Shown: piece by piece, positions 24,463 through 33,569 of the stretch
Layout of the letters: each line of letters starts with the position of its first letter
How positions within the stretch are numbered: position 1 is the first letter of the stretch
Virus record (IMG/VR): IMGVR_UViG_3300020045_006991
Location: 1-40,930 of that record
DNA: 40,930 nucleotides
Reading direction: 5' to 3' (one strand)
From: a virus
Lineage: Duplodnaviria; Caudoviricetes
The notes under the pieces: generated by a model
What the model saw: only the letters and a program-made list of their open reading frames with translations
What the model was told of the DNA's origin: nothing
The model's database searches: none
Position numbers and translations under genes: made by a program

Positions 24463-24957
24463 TTATACTCCCACGATTTTGATTGTAGCCACGGCTGCAC
24501 CCGCTACGTTGTTGAAGTATTCAACCTTGGCATTGCGAATCAGCGTAGCACCTGCTGTCACGTTTGCGCCCCATGCGATTGTGTTAATTGCGCCTGTAGT
24601 TTGGTTAAATTCGACTGCATTACCGATTGAGCAATTGCCCGGCACCGATACTTTAATCGCGCCACTGGTTACAAAATTGCCTTGTGTTTGGTTGGTCAAA
24701 ACGAAATTAGTACCACCCTCGACCGTGCCAACTGCCACGCCGTGACTTAATGCCAAGATACCGGCAAATTCGCCGGTTCCACCCACACCACAAGCTGTTT
24801 CATTGCCAGCCGTGCGAGTAAAGGCATTACCAAAAGCATTGCCAGCGGTCGCACTCGTTACTGTCAATGCGTTAGCGGTAAAGGGGATAATGTGAGATAA
24901 CTCACCCGGCACGCCGTTTGGTTGCGTCAATTGGACGCTAGTTTGAAAATCACTCAT
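24463..24957 (-). CDS. Capsid decoration / cement protein
   Basis: FQT.V...G.PGE...FG.AFT...GG.G.FAGIL; between scaffold and capsid genes. Confidence 0.78.
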   Translation of the reverse strand: MSDFQTSVQLTQPNGVPGELSHIIPFTANALTVTSATAGNAFGNAFTRTAGNETACGVGGTGEFAGILALSHGVAVGTVEGGTNFVLTNQTQGNFVTSGAIKVSVPGNCSIGNAVEFNQTTGAINTIAWGANVTAGATLIRNAKVEYFNNVAGAAVATIKIVGV

Positions 24958-26020
24958 AAGTGTTACCTGCTAATTTTTGAGCTTGTGGAGCTGCGTCTTG
25001 CGTAGCCTGTACTTTAGCTTGTTTCTTGCCATGCGCAAACGCGCGTAAGGCGGTCTCGCTATCGCCCTTTAATCCAAGCTTACCAGCCGCGTAGTCTGCG
25101 ATTTCTTTCGCCGATTTGCCGCTATGGTCAAATGTACCAACTAAAGGCTGTGCTAGTTTGTACAGTTCGCCAGCCTTGGCAATATCGGTGCGGACACGTT
25201 TGGCAATAGAATCAGTTGTTTCCACTTTCTTTTCGTCTTCGTCGTCTTTATCGGGCGGGAATTCGTCGGTAGTGGCTTCAACTTCTGGGGCTTTGCCGTG
25301 CATTGCCTCAACCATTGCCGCCAGCTTATCAACTTTGTCGGACAGGCTTTGAATAGTCGCTGTTTGCATCATATCGGTTTTATCTTCAATCGCCTGTTCT
25401 TCTGGCGTTTCGTCTTCGATACTGTCATCAATATCTTCTGTTGGTAATGTTTCTTTGTCGTCGTCCATTGGGATCGCCTTATGGTCAAATGTAAAAGTGA
25501 GTTGTGAAAATTTAGGGGCGTGGTCTAACACAGCTACTGTGCTACCCATTCTCCCCTCATCGACTAAGGCAAGATGATTGCCCCCGACAATGTGTTGTAT
25601 TGCGTCGTAGGCTTTACCTTGCCATGTGCCGCTCTTGAACTCATATTGTGACCAATAGCCGAAAGACAGCTCTTTTTTGCCTTGGTCAATCAATTGTTTA
25701 ATCTTATTTGTGTACAGTCGAATATTGCCGTAAATAGTACCGTCTTTGTAGTAGACATTATCGCCGACCGCCCCTTGTATACCCTTCTTTGCCGCGTCCG
25801 TCTGTCCATCACCTAGCATAGTATGGTCATCGACAATAGGCTTGCCGGTAAACATAGACACCGCATTTTCTAGGCTTTCAGGACTACGAAACACGCGATA
25901 CAGCTTATCGGGTTCGGGTGCGTCAATCTCAGAACCGTAATACTCATAAATTCCAGCTACACTAAGCGGCTGGTTATTTACCTCAATAAATCCGTTCATG
26001 TCAGTGGTTTGTGCTGTCAC
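24950..26020 (-). CDS. Prohead protease / scaffold (DUF2213-like)
   Basis: D.NGF, V.RSPE.L, DDHTMLG, GKKELS.GY, GNHLALVDEGR.G; acidic C-terminus. Confidence 0.88.
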   Translation of the reverse strand: MTAQTTDMNGFIEVNNQPLSVAGIYEYYGSEIDAPEPDKLYRVFRSPESLENAVSMFTGKPIVDDHTMLGDGQTDAAKKGIQGAVGDNVYYKDGTIYGNIRLYTNKIKQLIDQGKKELSFGYWSQYEFKSGTWQGKAYDAIQHIVGGNHLALVDEGRMGSTVAVLDHAPKFSQLTFTFDHKAIPMDDDKETLPTEDIDDSIEDETPEEQAIEDKTDMMQTATIQSLSDKVDKLAAMVEAMHGKAPEVEATTDEFPPDKDDEDEKKVETTDSIAKRVRTDIAKAGELYKLAQPLVGTFDHSGKSAKEIADYAAGKLGLKGDSETALRAFAHGKKQAKVQATQDAAPQAQKLAGNTYE

Positions 26021-26880
26021 TTGTTAAACTCCAAAACTGGACGCACGGTGCAACGGCAATTAGGCAAAACGCCACCAAACCCATGTACACGTTCGCCGTA
26101 CATATCGCCAATATAAGGCGGCTTATCAATATCAAATATCTTACCGTCTAACTCTTGGTGTAACTTGCGCGGGTCATTAGAGCCGTGCGAGTGCATCCAC
26201 TCCACGCGCTTAACGCCTAATTTTTCAAGGCGTGACATATTGATAGACGTGTACGCTTTTCTGGTCTGATCCATAGCGCGATTGTGTGCATAATTCTTTT
26301 CACCATTGCTAAATGTAGCAAAAAACGGTTTAAGGTCTTTAATTCCCTGCCCGTTCGTGATGCTATCCATTACCTTAGCTTCTACCTTAGCAAAATGATT
26401 GCTAGTGATGGTTTTGAATAATGAAACGTTTTGCTGGGTTAATGCCTTAAATTGCTCATTCATTTCACCAGTTAAAAAGTCGGTCTTAACCATCAAGCCG
26501 CCACTAAGCTCTTTTAGACTTTGGTGCGTGTTTGATTTGCTTGCAGAATTAACGCCGTTAAGCATTGCATTAACAACCGAGGGAAAATCTCGGCTAAAAA
26601 TACGCGTGTACTTACGCGCCAAACGTGCCAATAAAATACGGCACTGGCTAGTAATACTTGCGTCAGTAGTGGCAATGATTGGGTTATCGGATGAATTGAA
26701 TAGAGCTAATACTTCGCGCTCTGTTTCGCGTTGCATAGATCCTAACAAGGATTGAATCTTAGCTGAATATTTCTGTGCGGTAATATCTGGGTATAACAAA
26801 GGCGTACCGCGCATTACTGGCGGCTTCTCTCTCTGGTCTAGCCAGATTTTACGCTTCTTTGTTAAAAGTGGTTTAGGCAT
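26017..26880 (-). CDS. Head morphogenesis protein (Mu gpF / SPP1 gp7-like)
   Basis: A.DQT.KA, W.HS.G...PR..H..LDGKIF, NCRC. Confidence 0.88.
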   Translation of the reverse strand: MPKPLLTKKRKIWLDQREKPPVMRGTPLLYPDITAQKYSAKIQSLLGSMQRETEREVLALFNSSDNPIIATTDASITSQCRILLARLARKYTRIFSRDFPSVVNAMLNGVNSASKSNTHQSLKELSGGLMVKTDFLTGEMNEQFKALTQQNVSLFKTITSNHFAKVEAKVMDSITNGQGIKDLKPFFATFSNGEKNYAHNRAMDQTRKAYTSINMSRLEKLGVKRVEWMHSHGSNDPRKLHQELDGKIFDIDKPPYIGDMYGERVHGFGGVLPNCRCTVRPVLEFNK

Positions 26881-26950
26881 GATTCCCGCGTGTGCGTGGT
26901 TTGAACCTTGGCTTAGGTCATCTTGTCCGCGTGTGCTGACTTCGTTGGCG

Positions 26951-26959
26951 ATTATAACA
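26951..26959 (-). promoter_or_regulatory. Extended -10 promoter upstream of the gpF-like gene
   Basis: TGtTATAAT just after the stop of the moron gene. Confidence 0.5.
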
Positions 26960-26964
26960 CTATT

Positions 26965-27279
26965 TTATTTTTGAACACCGATAATATTTAACGCGTTCTT
27001 TGATGTGCAAAAATCTTTTAGACGTTGCGTACCCAAGTCACGCATGAATTGGTCTTTGTGTGCGTCCATTTGCTGGTCAAACGATGTCTGAGTAATTAGA
27101 CAGCCGTTATAAACAATCATGTCTAGTGCTGGTTGTGTATTTGCGCTTTTTACATCACACATGTACTCATAGGTCAGTGTGCGCATATAGATACCTGTCC
27201 ACCCTACACATACTGAGTCTGTATCGGCTTGTGCTGTGCTAGCCATTGTTAGGGCTAGTGCTAGGATTAACCTTTTCAT
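26965..27279 (-). CDS. Secreted / periplasmic moron protein
   Basis: Signal peptide MKRLILALALTMASTAQA; four Cys. Confidence 0.75.
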   Translation of the reverse strand: MKRLILALALTMASTAQADTDSVCVGWTGIYMRTLTYEYMCDVKSANTQPALDMIVYNGCLITQTSFDQQMDAHKDQFMRDLGTQRLKDFCTSKNALNIIGVQK

Positions 27280-27479
27280 TTCCCAACCTCAATAGAATTT
27301 TTACCGTTTCCACCATTGTTTGGGTAATAAATATGTTGACCTATTGCCCCACCTGCTCCGACTTTCATACTATCGTCTTTTATTCCACCACCACCACCAC
27401 CTTGCAAGCCAGACACAGTTATTTTTTTGCCATCATTAACAACCGACACCCCGTTAGCATATATAGATACTTTATTCAT
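27276..27479 (-). CDS. Small Gly-rich protein
   Basis: 67 aa from ATG 27479 (GGGGG RBS); ATGA-coupled to the next gene. Confidence 0.55.
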   Translation of the reverse strand: MNKVSIYANGVSVVNDGKKITVSGLQGGGGGGIKDDSMKVGAGGAIGQHIYYPNNGGNGKNSIEVGK

Positions 27480-27492
27480 TTTATCCCCCAAT

Positions 27493-27625
27493 AAAAAGCC
27501 CTGCGTGTCAATCGCTGTAACAATTGACTAGAAGCAGGGCTTTATAAAATTTGTGTTAGCGGCTCAGTGTTACAGCACAATCCGATAACGTGCGTTCAGT
27601 ATATCGGTTATTCGTTTACTGTCAA
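27493..27625 (-). promoter_or_regulatory. Moron promoter plus attenuator-like leader
   Basis: TTGACA-16 bp-TATACT (27625-27598); terminator stem 27495-27504 with 27534-27543 followed by a U tract; loop complementary to 27568-27576. Confidence 0.65.
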
Positions 27626-27718
27626 GAGTTCATCACGTTGTTGTTCGGTTAGTTCGTTTTGAAGGTAGGCGTTAATCACCGATTCGATGTAGTCAGGGTG
27701 TTTCGTTAAGTCTGGCAT
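27608..27718 (-). CDS. Hypothetical 36-aa protein
   Basis: AAGGA RBS; MPDLTKHPDYIESVINAYL...*. Confidence 0.45.
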   Translation of the reverse strand: MPDLTKHPDYIESVINAYLQNELTEQQRDELLTVNE

Positions 27719-27729
27719 TGTTCCTTTTA

Positions 27730-29184
27730 TTATGTAATGTCTTCTGGCATAGGTTGCGCGTCTGCTAGATCGTTATCATCGTCATAGTCCGCAGGTTCTT
27801 CTATAATTTCAGTCAACCCAGCATAGCCGCTATCTGGGTCTGAAATAAGCCTTGCCCGTTCTTCTGCCGCATCAATAGCACCAACGGCAATTAATACCTG
27901 TGCTGTTGCTGCACGTTGTTGGTTTACAGTTGCTTGTTCTACTTCTGTTAAGCAATCCAGCGGATTAAACACAATATCATATTCAAATTCATCAACACCC
28001 ATTGATTTAATCGAGTAAAGAGTGTGCTTTTCAAGTAATGGAAGTATTTTTTCTTGCAACGTTTCGAGCGACTCATGATAAACGGATTCTTCGGCTTCGC
28101 CACTTGCCGCAAAACCACTCAGCTGTGTTTGCATTAGCTTATTGACAGGGATACGCGCCACTGCTGCAACAAGCTGGTATTGTTGGGCTATGGTGTTTGT
28201 CACCTCTGATAGCGCGGTTTCTAGCTGCTGGACGCTGTCCTCACTATCAATCAGCTGCACGCCAAAATTATTACGCTGTTGTGTGATGTATTGCAAATGC
28301 TGTTCGGCTTCCTGTTGGTTTGCAATCATCGCGCTAATGTCGGTATTTTGTACCCACAGCCGTTTTGTCATGAGTAGTTTATTACCTTCGCCAGCCGCTA
28401 GTCCGGCTTGATAAACTTGTTCATAAATTTGCTGTGGTAATGACGCACTGCCGTACATATAAACAGGGCGTAATAACTGCCCTATGGTGTCGCAATGCTT
28501 AAATACTACGCAATGGGTTTTATGGTACTTAATGCCGCCCACTTGGTAAAATTCAGGATCTAAATAGTCGATACTTGACGCGTCATAATCGGTAATGATT
28601 GGCACGACATAATACGGGTCGGGCTGACTGATACCCAAGTATGTGTTTGGCTTAATGCCATCGGGATTAAACGGTGCTGCGTAGTCATCGGCTGTGTAGC
28701 CATCCACTAAAAATATTGCTACTCGGTAGCCGTACACACGCCCAAATGTGCCAAAGTTACGAGCCACATCTTTTATTTTTACGCGCTTATCGATTTTCTT
28801 TAACCCCGCCAAAACATTAACAGGTATTTTTTGTCCGTCATTTCCTGACACATTCCAGCCTTTGCGTAGCGCGTCTGATACTGGCATTTCACACGCCGCA
28901 CTGATAAGCCAATGCTGCGCCATAATCATGCAGGATGTAAACCCGATAAACGACTGGCTAGAGTACCAGCTAAGCAAATCCGCTGGCACCGTCTGGCTTA
29001 TGCCTTGATTGCCAAACGCTGCGCTATCCATCGTTGCAGTTGTCTTAGGCTCATGACCCTGAAAAACCATAGCCAATGCATTGCGGATTGTATCGGCACG
29101 GTCTGGCTTCGTTAAAATAGTTGGGTCATGTTCTTCTTGTTCGGTTGCCGTTTGTTTTTTTCCGAATAGCTTTAGTATGTTCAT
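27730..29184 (-). CDS. Portal protein (DUF1073-like)
   Basis: SFIG...C..MAQHWLI..AC.MP, PFNPDG, QLVAAVARIPVNKL, GF.ASGE; follows TerL. Confidence 0.9.
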   Translation of the reverse strand: MNILKLFGKKQTATEQEEHDPTILTKPDRADTIRNALAMVFQGHEPKTTATMDSAAFGNQGISQTVPADLLSWYSSQSFIGFTSCMIMAQHWLISAACEMPVSDALRKGWNVSGNDGQKIPVNVLAGLKKIDKRVKIKDVARNFGTFGRVYGYRVAIFLVDGYTADDYAAPFNPDGIKPNTYLGISQPDPYYVVPIITDYDASSIDYLDPEFYQVGGIKYHKTHCVVFKHCDTIGQLLRPVYMYGSASLPQQIYEQVYQAGLAAGEGNKLLMTKRLWVQNTDISAMIANQQEAEQHLQYITQQRNNFGVQLIDSEDSVQQLETALSEVTNTIAQQYQLVAAVARIPVNKLMQTQLSGFAASGEAEESVYHESLETLQEKILPLLEKHTLYSIKSMGVDEFEYDIVFNPLDCLTEVEQATVNQQRAATAQVLIAVGAIDAAEERARLISDPDSGYAGLTEIIEEPADYDDDNDLADAQPMPEDIT

Positions 29185-30557
29185 CTTGTCATTAATCCGC
29201 GTGTGCGAGTCGTTAAGTTTTTATTCAAGTGAGCCATTATAAACGCATCGGCTATGTTTGGGGACGGTATGCCGCGCTTTTTTAAATCCTTTTTACTTTC
29301 TACCATCACGCGCCCTGCATTGTCATAAGATTTTTTTGGTGTACATAGCTCTGTTACCAGTTGCTCAAGATATGGCAAATCCGCATCAATAAAAATCATT
29401 TCATCTTGACTAAAGACCTGTCCATTTATCACCGCGTTGTAGGTGTTTTGTAACCGTTCTGCTACCGACCACCACGCCTGTGCTTTGATATTGCAGTAAT
29501 AGTCCTTGTTTACAATACGCTCTTTAATCGGACGTGACTCGTTAAATTTGTCAATAGCTTTATCGCCATTGACTACCGCGCCACCGGCTAAAAACTTTTT
29601 ATGCGCTTTGTAGCCAAGCTCGTTAAACTTTCCGCCACATGATGCACCGACACCGATAGCATCGTAGGTTATTTCTGCATTGCCATAATCTAACGCCTGT
29701 CTGTACACGCGGGTACATGACTTAAGTATCTCGTCCTCCTTGGCTTGCCACAAGTAAATATTGGTTGTTAAAGCCCCATAAGCCAATACGGCAGCACACG
29801 CGTCCTCGCCATCGTCCGCAACGTCAAATCCAATTCGCTTACTGCCTGACACGTCGATACCAAGCTTAATGTGCGCATCAATAGCCGCCATGACGTGTGA
29901 GCGCTTGATGATCGCCTCATCGTCGTTTTCAAGCGGCTCACCTAGATATATATGTTCGTACCTGTCATAATCCTCAATCTTTGCCGCTTCGATAATGCCT
30001 AGCATCGTCTTAGATAAAAATGGATTTTCATCATAATTTATGTGTCTTATTATGGTATTAGGTGGCGGGCTTACTACAAAGCGTTTCCAGATAAAGTCGG
30101 TTACAAAGCGTGCGTTAAAGAGTAGCCAGCACTCGCTTGATTCTTTGCGTATCGTTGGCTCTAAAATATCCCACTGTTCAGCGGTTAAAAGGTGCGATTC
30201 CTCGCTTAAAAGAATGTCGATACCCTCAAGGGATTTAATCTCAGTAATGTTTCTGGCGAGACCGTAAAACATAAATTCACTTTTTGTAGTTAAGCAAATT
30301 ATTGAATTATCGGTAATTTTGAATAGATGCTCATAGCCGAATTGCTCAATTTTAGCTTTTAAAAGCGTGTAAATCGAATCGGCTATTTTGTTTTGAAATT
30401 GTCGAACGCACAGAACACGAACACGGCAGTTTGCCGCTATATCAATTACTTTCCCCGCTGCTTCGTGACTTTTTGAACTGGCACGACCGCCATGCAATAT
30501 TCTGTTTCTGGCTCGTTGTTGCCAAAATGGACGTAATGCTGGATTAAGTAGTGCCAC
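29181..30557 (-). CDS. terL: Terminase large subunit (PBSX/Sf6-like)
   Basis: Walker A GGRASSKS, Walker B ILLSEE, NYDENPF, GFDVAD, SPNIADA. Confidence 0.93.
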   Translation of the reverse strand: MALLNPALRPFWQQRARNRILHGGRASSKSHEAAGKVIDIAANCRVRVLCVRQFQNKIADSIYTLLKAKIEQFGYEHLFKITDNSIICLTTKSEFMFYGLARNITEIKSLEGIDILLSEESHLLTAEQWDILEPTIRKESSECWLLFNARFVTDFIWKRFVVSPPPNTIIRHINYDENPFLSKTMLGIIEAAKIEDYDRYEHIYLGEPLENDDEAIIKRSHVMAAIDAHIKLGIDVSGSKRIGFDVADDGEDACAAVLAYGALTTNIYLWQAKEDEILKSCTRVYRQALDYGNAEITYDAIGVGASCGGKFNELGYKAHKKFLAGGAVVNGDKAIDKFNESRPIKERIVNKDYYCNIKAQAWWSVAERLQNTYNAVINGQVFSQDEMIFIDADLPYLEQLVTELCTPKKSYDNAGRVMVESKKDLKKRGIPSPNIADAFIMAHLNKNLTTRTRGLMTR

Positions 30558-30927
30558 TGTCTTTGTAATAGTCGTCTAGCGTTCGCTTGCTTGGGTCAAT
30601 TTGTCCGCTATGGTTGATATTCTTCGTTTCTTCTTTAGTCCAGCGGTCTTTGAATTTGCGCTCTAAATACCATGCGTGTGCTTGCCAGCTCCCACTGTTC
30701 CCCGCTTCGCGTATGCTTTTTATGCTTTCTGCTTCGGCTACCGCCTCGGCTTCTTTTATAGCCTCTAAAAATTCAGGCTTGCTTTCATCTTTTAACCATG
30801 CGTAATAACTAGCTTCCGATACCCCAGCAAGCGCACAGGCTACGCTTGCATAATTACCTTCTGCAACATAACCGGCTATCTTTTCAACGATTTCAGGGCA
30901 GTATTTTCCTTTTGCGCCTGCTGCCAT
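30544..30927 (-). CDS. terS: Terminase small subunit
   Basis: HTH ACALAGVSEASYYAW, F.EAIKEA.A, W.LER; precedes TerL. Confidence 0.85.
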   Translation of the reverse strand: MAAGAKGKYCPEIVEKIAGYVAEGNYASVACALAGVSEASYYAWLKDESKPEFLEAIKEAEAVAEAESIKSIREAGNSGSWQAHAWYLERKFKDRWTKEETKNINHSGQIDPSKRTLDDYYKDSGTT

Positions 30928-30928
30928 T

Positions 30929-31075
30929 TTATCTACTCCTCATAAATTCACGCGGCTGTTTACGCTCAACTGCTTTTATCGGCTGTCGATTCAGGGTCTC
31001 GCGGCTGTGTGGTCTTGCTTGCAATTTATCAAACCAATCTTGGCTCGGCAGGCAATAAAGGTTAATAGGGGGCAT
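30929..31075 (-). CDS. Hypothetical 48-aa protein
   Basis: Hand translation; TAATG coupling upstream and carries the RBS of terS. Confidence 0.4.
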   Translation of the reverse strand: MPPINLYCLPSQDWFDKLQARPHSRETLNRQPIKAVERKQPREFMRSR

Positions 31076-31494
31076 TACATTATCCCGCCTGTTTCGCCTA
31101 AAACTATGTCTACAATAATACTAATAGCTCTTGCTAAATGCTGTCTACGCTCCGGAAGCCCTGCTGTGTTCGCAAAAACTATGTGCCTCAGGGCTTCTGC
31201 TTTTTGTGCGTCAGGTTCGGCGGATAAAACCAGATTAAGGTTATCGATAATAAGAGACGGCTTTAAGTGAATTGGTTGCTCGATGGTCAGCTCAATATTG
31301 ATGCACTTAATCGCTTTTTCTAAATCTTGAGTACCGCCTTTGTCATCAAAACGCCAGACGTACTGAAATGCTTGCGATAAAAAACCGCTTAGATGCTTGC
31401 TTATGTCGCGACAAGGAACGCCGCTTGGGTGGTCTTCATAGTGATTGGGTTTTTCCACATCATCCCATTTTGTTGCCAAGGTGTCATTGGTCAT
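31075..31494 (-). CDS. DUF3310 (SaV-like) domain protein
   Basis: D.VEKPNHY..HPSG...YVWR...KG..QDLEKA. Confidence 0.8.
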   Translation of the reverse strand: MTNDTLATKWDDVEKPNHYEDHPSGVPCRDISKHLSGFLSQAFQYVWRFDDKGGTQDLEKAIKCINIELTIEQPIHLKPSLIIDNLNLVLSAEPDAQKAEALRHIVFANTAGLPERRQHLARAISIIVDIVLGETGGIM

Positions 31495-31496
31495 AA

Positions 31497-31667
31497 TTAA
31501 CCTTTAGTAACAATATTATGAAACCCTGCCGCACTAACTGCCGTGCAAAGCATTACTACTGCATCACTCACGCCATTATCAACTTCAAAACCAGCCAAAC
31601 CTCCGGCTAACATAATCAATCCTCTCCATGTACCTTGTTCTTTACCGCGCTCTAAAATCCAGCTCAT
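31497..31667 (-). CDS. Putative holin (56 aa, two hydrophobic segments)
   Basis: MSWILERGKEQGTWRGLIMLAGGLAG... resembles small phage holin-like proteins with a KE-x-S-TWRG motif. Confidence 0.6.
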   Translation of the reverse strand: MSWILERGKEQGTWRGLIMLAGGLAGFEVDNGVSDAVVMLCTAVSAAGFHNIVTKG

Positions 31668-31954
31668 TTTTTACTCCAAATATCGGCGATACTAACGCCA
31701 AAAACACCCATAAGATAATTAGCACCTGCTAATAACCCGCCTAAAATCATGACCGCTGTACCACTTACAATCTTATATCGTGTAAGCTCTTGTTTTAATT
31801 CAACTGCAATTGTTAAAACCTGCTCTAATTTTTCATCGTGCCGTGCGCTTGACTCTCTAGCAAGTCTCGCAATCTCATTAATATCGAGCTGGATATGCTC
31901 AATATCGTTTTCCGTAACTGCTACACGCTCGCTTAAAGTATGGCTTTCTGACAC
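31664..31954 (-). CDS. Coiled-coil plus C-terminal TM protein (lysis-associated candidate)
   Basis: L.ERVAV.E coiled coil followed by a TM helix; first gene of the late operon. Confidence 0.65.
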   Translation of the reverse strand: MSESHTLSERVAVTENDIEHIQLDINEIARLARESSARHDEKLEQVLTIAVELKQELTRYKIVSGTAVMILGGLLAGANYLMGVFGVSIADIWSKK

Positions 31955-32004
31955 AACAAAAATCCCGAAAATAAATTAATAGTATCACATCTTGAATTTT
32001 AGGC

Positions 32005-32033
32005 AAAAAAAACCACGCTTTTTATGGCGTGGT
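32005..32033 (-). terminator. Intrinsic terminator ending the early leftward operon
   Basis: ACCACGC stem followed by U8 on the minus strand; a TGaTACTAT -10 candidate follows at 31979-31987. Confidence 0.75.
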
Positions 32034-32110
32034 CAATTTAGGAGAAAGCATATTATAGAGAAAGAAAAACAACAGCAGGAGAACTGTTAGGTGTATTTAA
32101 GCATAGTTAA

Positions 32111-32890
32111 TTACAAAAAACAACCACCAACGCATAATCTGCTAAAAATAACTTCATTCCTATCGTCAAAGTCGCACTCCGCTATTGGTTTACACTCAAC
32201 GGTTAAAAACGCTTTTATTCCGCCTTGCATTTTATCCTTTAGCGAGTCGCGGATTTTTGCATCAATTGCTATCACTTTTTCTCTATCCGCGCTTTGCATA
32301 ACTTCTCGCCATTCGTGCTGCGTGTGGTTCTGGCAAAAATAGCACGATGAACGCGGTGGTGGTGCGTTAAATGTGCGTTCGACTAAAGCCACGCAATCAC
32401 CGCGATTCATGCGTAAATCTAGCAACGGGAATTTGTACTGATATTTTTTAGATGATTTCATGCGTCCTGATCGGTGCATTTCATCAGTACTAAATCCCAT
32501 CATCACTTCATAGCTTTTGTCTTTCAAGTGCTTAGCTAAAAACCGCTTAAAAGTATCCCCTTTCCATTTTGACGAGCAATAAGCAGGCAGCCTGCTTATT
32601 GAGCCTGTATTATTGCCATCACCATGAAAAAATGGTGGTAAAAGAAAATTAGCGAACGTGCTTTCGCCGTTCAGCATCCCGCTAAAATCATCCGCTTTTG
32701 CGATAAAAAACGGTATTTTTGCATCCTCAAGCAATTTAATCGTGTGCTGATTCAAAAAATCAAAAACAATTGATTGCTCGAATCCTGTGTCGCAAAACAC
32801 AATAGCGTCACATTCGATTTTACCTTGTGCAATTAGTATCGCTAACGCGGTTGATTGTACGCCGCCACCAAAACTTAGTATTTTAAGCAT
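32111..32890 (-). CDS. PP-loop / PAPS-reductase-like protein
   Basis: LSFGGGVQST, FCDTG.E, C...WK, FPL, PPRSSCYFC; start may be at 32890 or 32905. Confidence 0.8.
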   Translation of the reverse strand: MLKILSFGGGVQSTALAILIAQGKIECDAIVFCDTGFEQSIVFDFLNQHTIKLLEDAKIPFFIAKADDFSGMLNGESTFANFLLPPFFHGDGNNTGSISRLPAYCSSKWKGDTFKRFLAKHLKDKSYEVMMGFSTDEMHRSGRMKSSKKYQYKFPLLDLRMNRGDCVALVERTFNAPPPRSSCYFCQNHTQHEWREVMQSADREKVIAIDAKIRDSLKDKMQGGIKAFLTVECKPIAECDFDDRNEVIFSRLCVGGCFL

Positions 32891-33149
32891 TTCTAACGTC
32901 TCCATGTTTTTCCCACACACAAATATACTCTATGCCATCATTCTCATACTTCCCACACTTACGGCACTGCTTGCGTGTCTCGCCGTGAACGTGGTTAAAG
33001 TGGCAGTCTAGGCACTCAAAATCTTGGCATTGCAGAAAGCCGTTTTTGGGGTATAGAAATAAAGACCTCTGCCCGTCAATCATTGGTAGACCTTTTTTGC
33101 AATTTCCTCGGATTAAGCAGGATGTGTTTGTGCAGTGCGTGGATGTCAT
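32883..33149 (-). CDS. Cys-rich hypothetical protein
   Basis: Multiple Cys motifs; coupled in operon. Confidence 0.6.
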   Translation of the reverse strand: MTSTHCTNTSCLIRGNCKKGLPMIDGQRSLFLYPKNGFLQCQDFECLDCHFNHVHGETRKQCRKCGKYENDGIEYICVWEKHGDVRNA

Positions 33150-33373
33150 GCTAATACCTCTTTCTCCAGATTACTGATTAACTCTCTCAATTCCCCGTAC
33201 TTTGATACGATAAAATACGCGCCAGTTTTTGTATTATGCACCCGATAACTACCTGCTGCACCTAAGTTCTCGATTCGATGACCGACTGCACGGGCGCGTG
33301 AATTTAAAAGCTGTTGTTCATTAGGCTTTACCATCTTATCCCCTTGTGTGCTTAATTTGCACAGAGTCGTCAT
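33146..33373 (-). CDS. Hypothetical protein
   Basis: ORF track; probable start at the internal MVKPNE after AAGGGG. Confidence 0.55.
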   Translation of the reverse strand: MTTLCKLSTQGDKMVKPNEQQLLNSRARAVGHRIENLGAAGSYRVHNTKTGAYFIVSKYGELRELISNLEKEVLA

Positions 33374-33569
33374 TAAGCGGCTTAATCAAGCCACAATCGG
33401 TATTCACACACTGCCTTATGCGCTTTGATGCTATCACCATCCAAATGTGCAGGCATTGGTAACAATATGGCTTTACTCCAAGCTGTGTCGCTGGCGGGTA
33501 CATTTCCTTGCCTTTGCCGTACTTATTTCTGTTTGCACAGGTGTCAAAGTGATTGCAATTTGTGCATTT
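33336..33569 (-). CDS. Cys-rich hypothetical protein
   Basis: Start revised to MKCTNCNHFDTC after GGAG RBS. Confidence 0.55.
   Translation of the reverse strand, partial: KCTNCNHFDTCANRNKYGKGKEMYPPATQLGVKPYCYQCLHIWMVIASKRIRQCVNTDCGLIKPLNDDSVQIKHTRG

Noticed and set aside
27730-29184. Anti-CBASS annotation sometimes attached to DUF1073 proteins
   Set aside because: Size, motifs and position after TerL indicate a portal protein; no separate phosphoesterase domain is seen.
6954-31979. Many plus-strand ORFs in the track opposite structural genes (e.g. 7598-7876, 16150-16656, 26399-26755)
   Set aside because: Antisense shadows of well-supported minus-strand genes, with no RBS or motifs.
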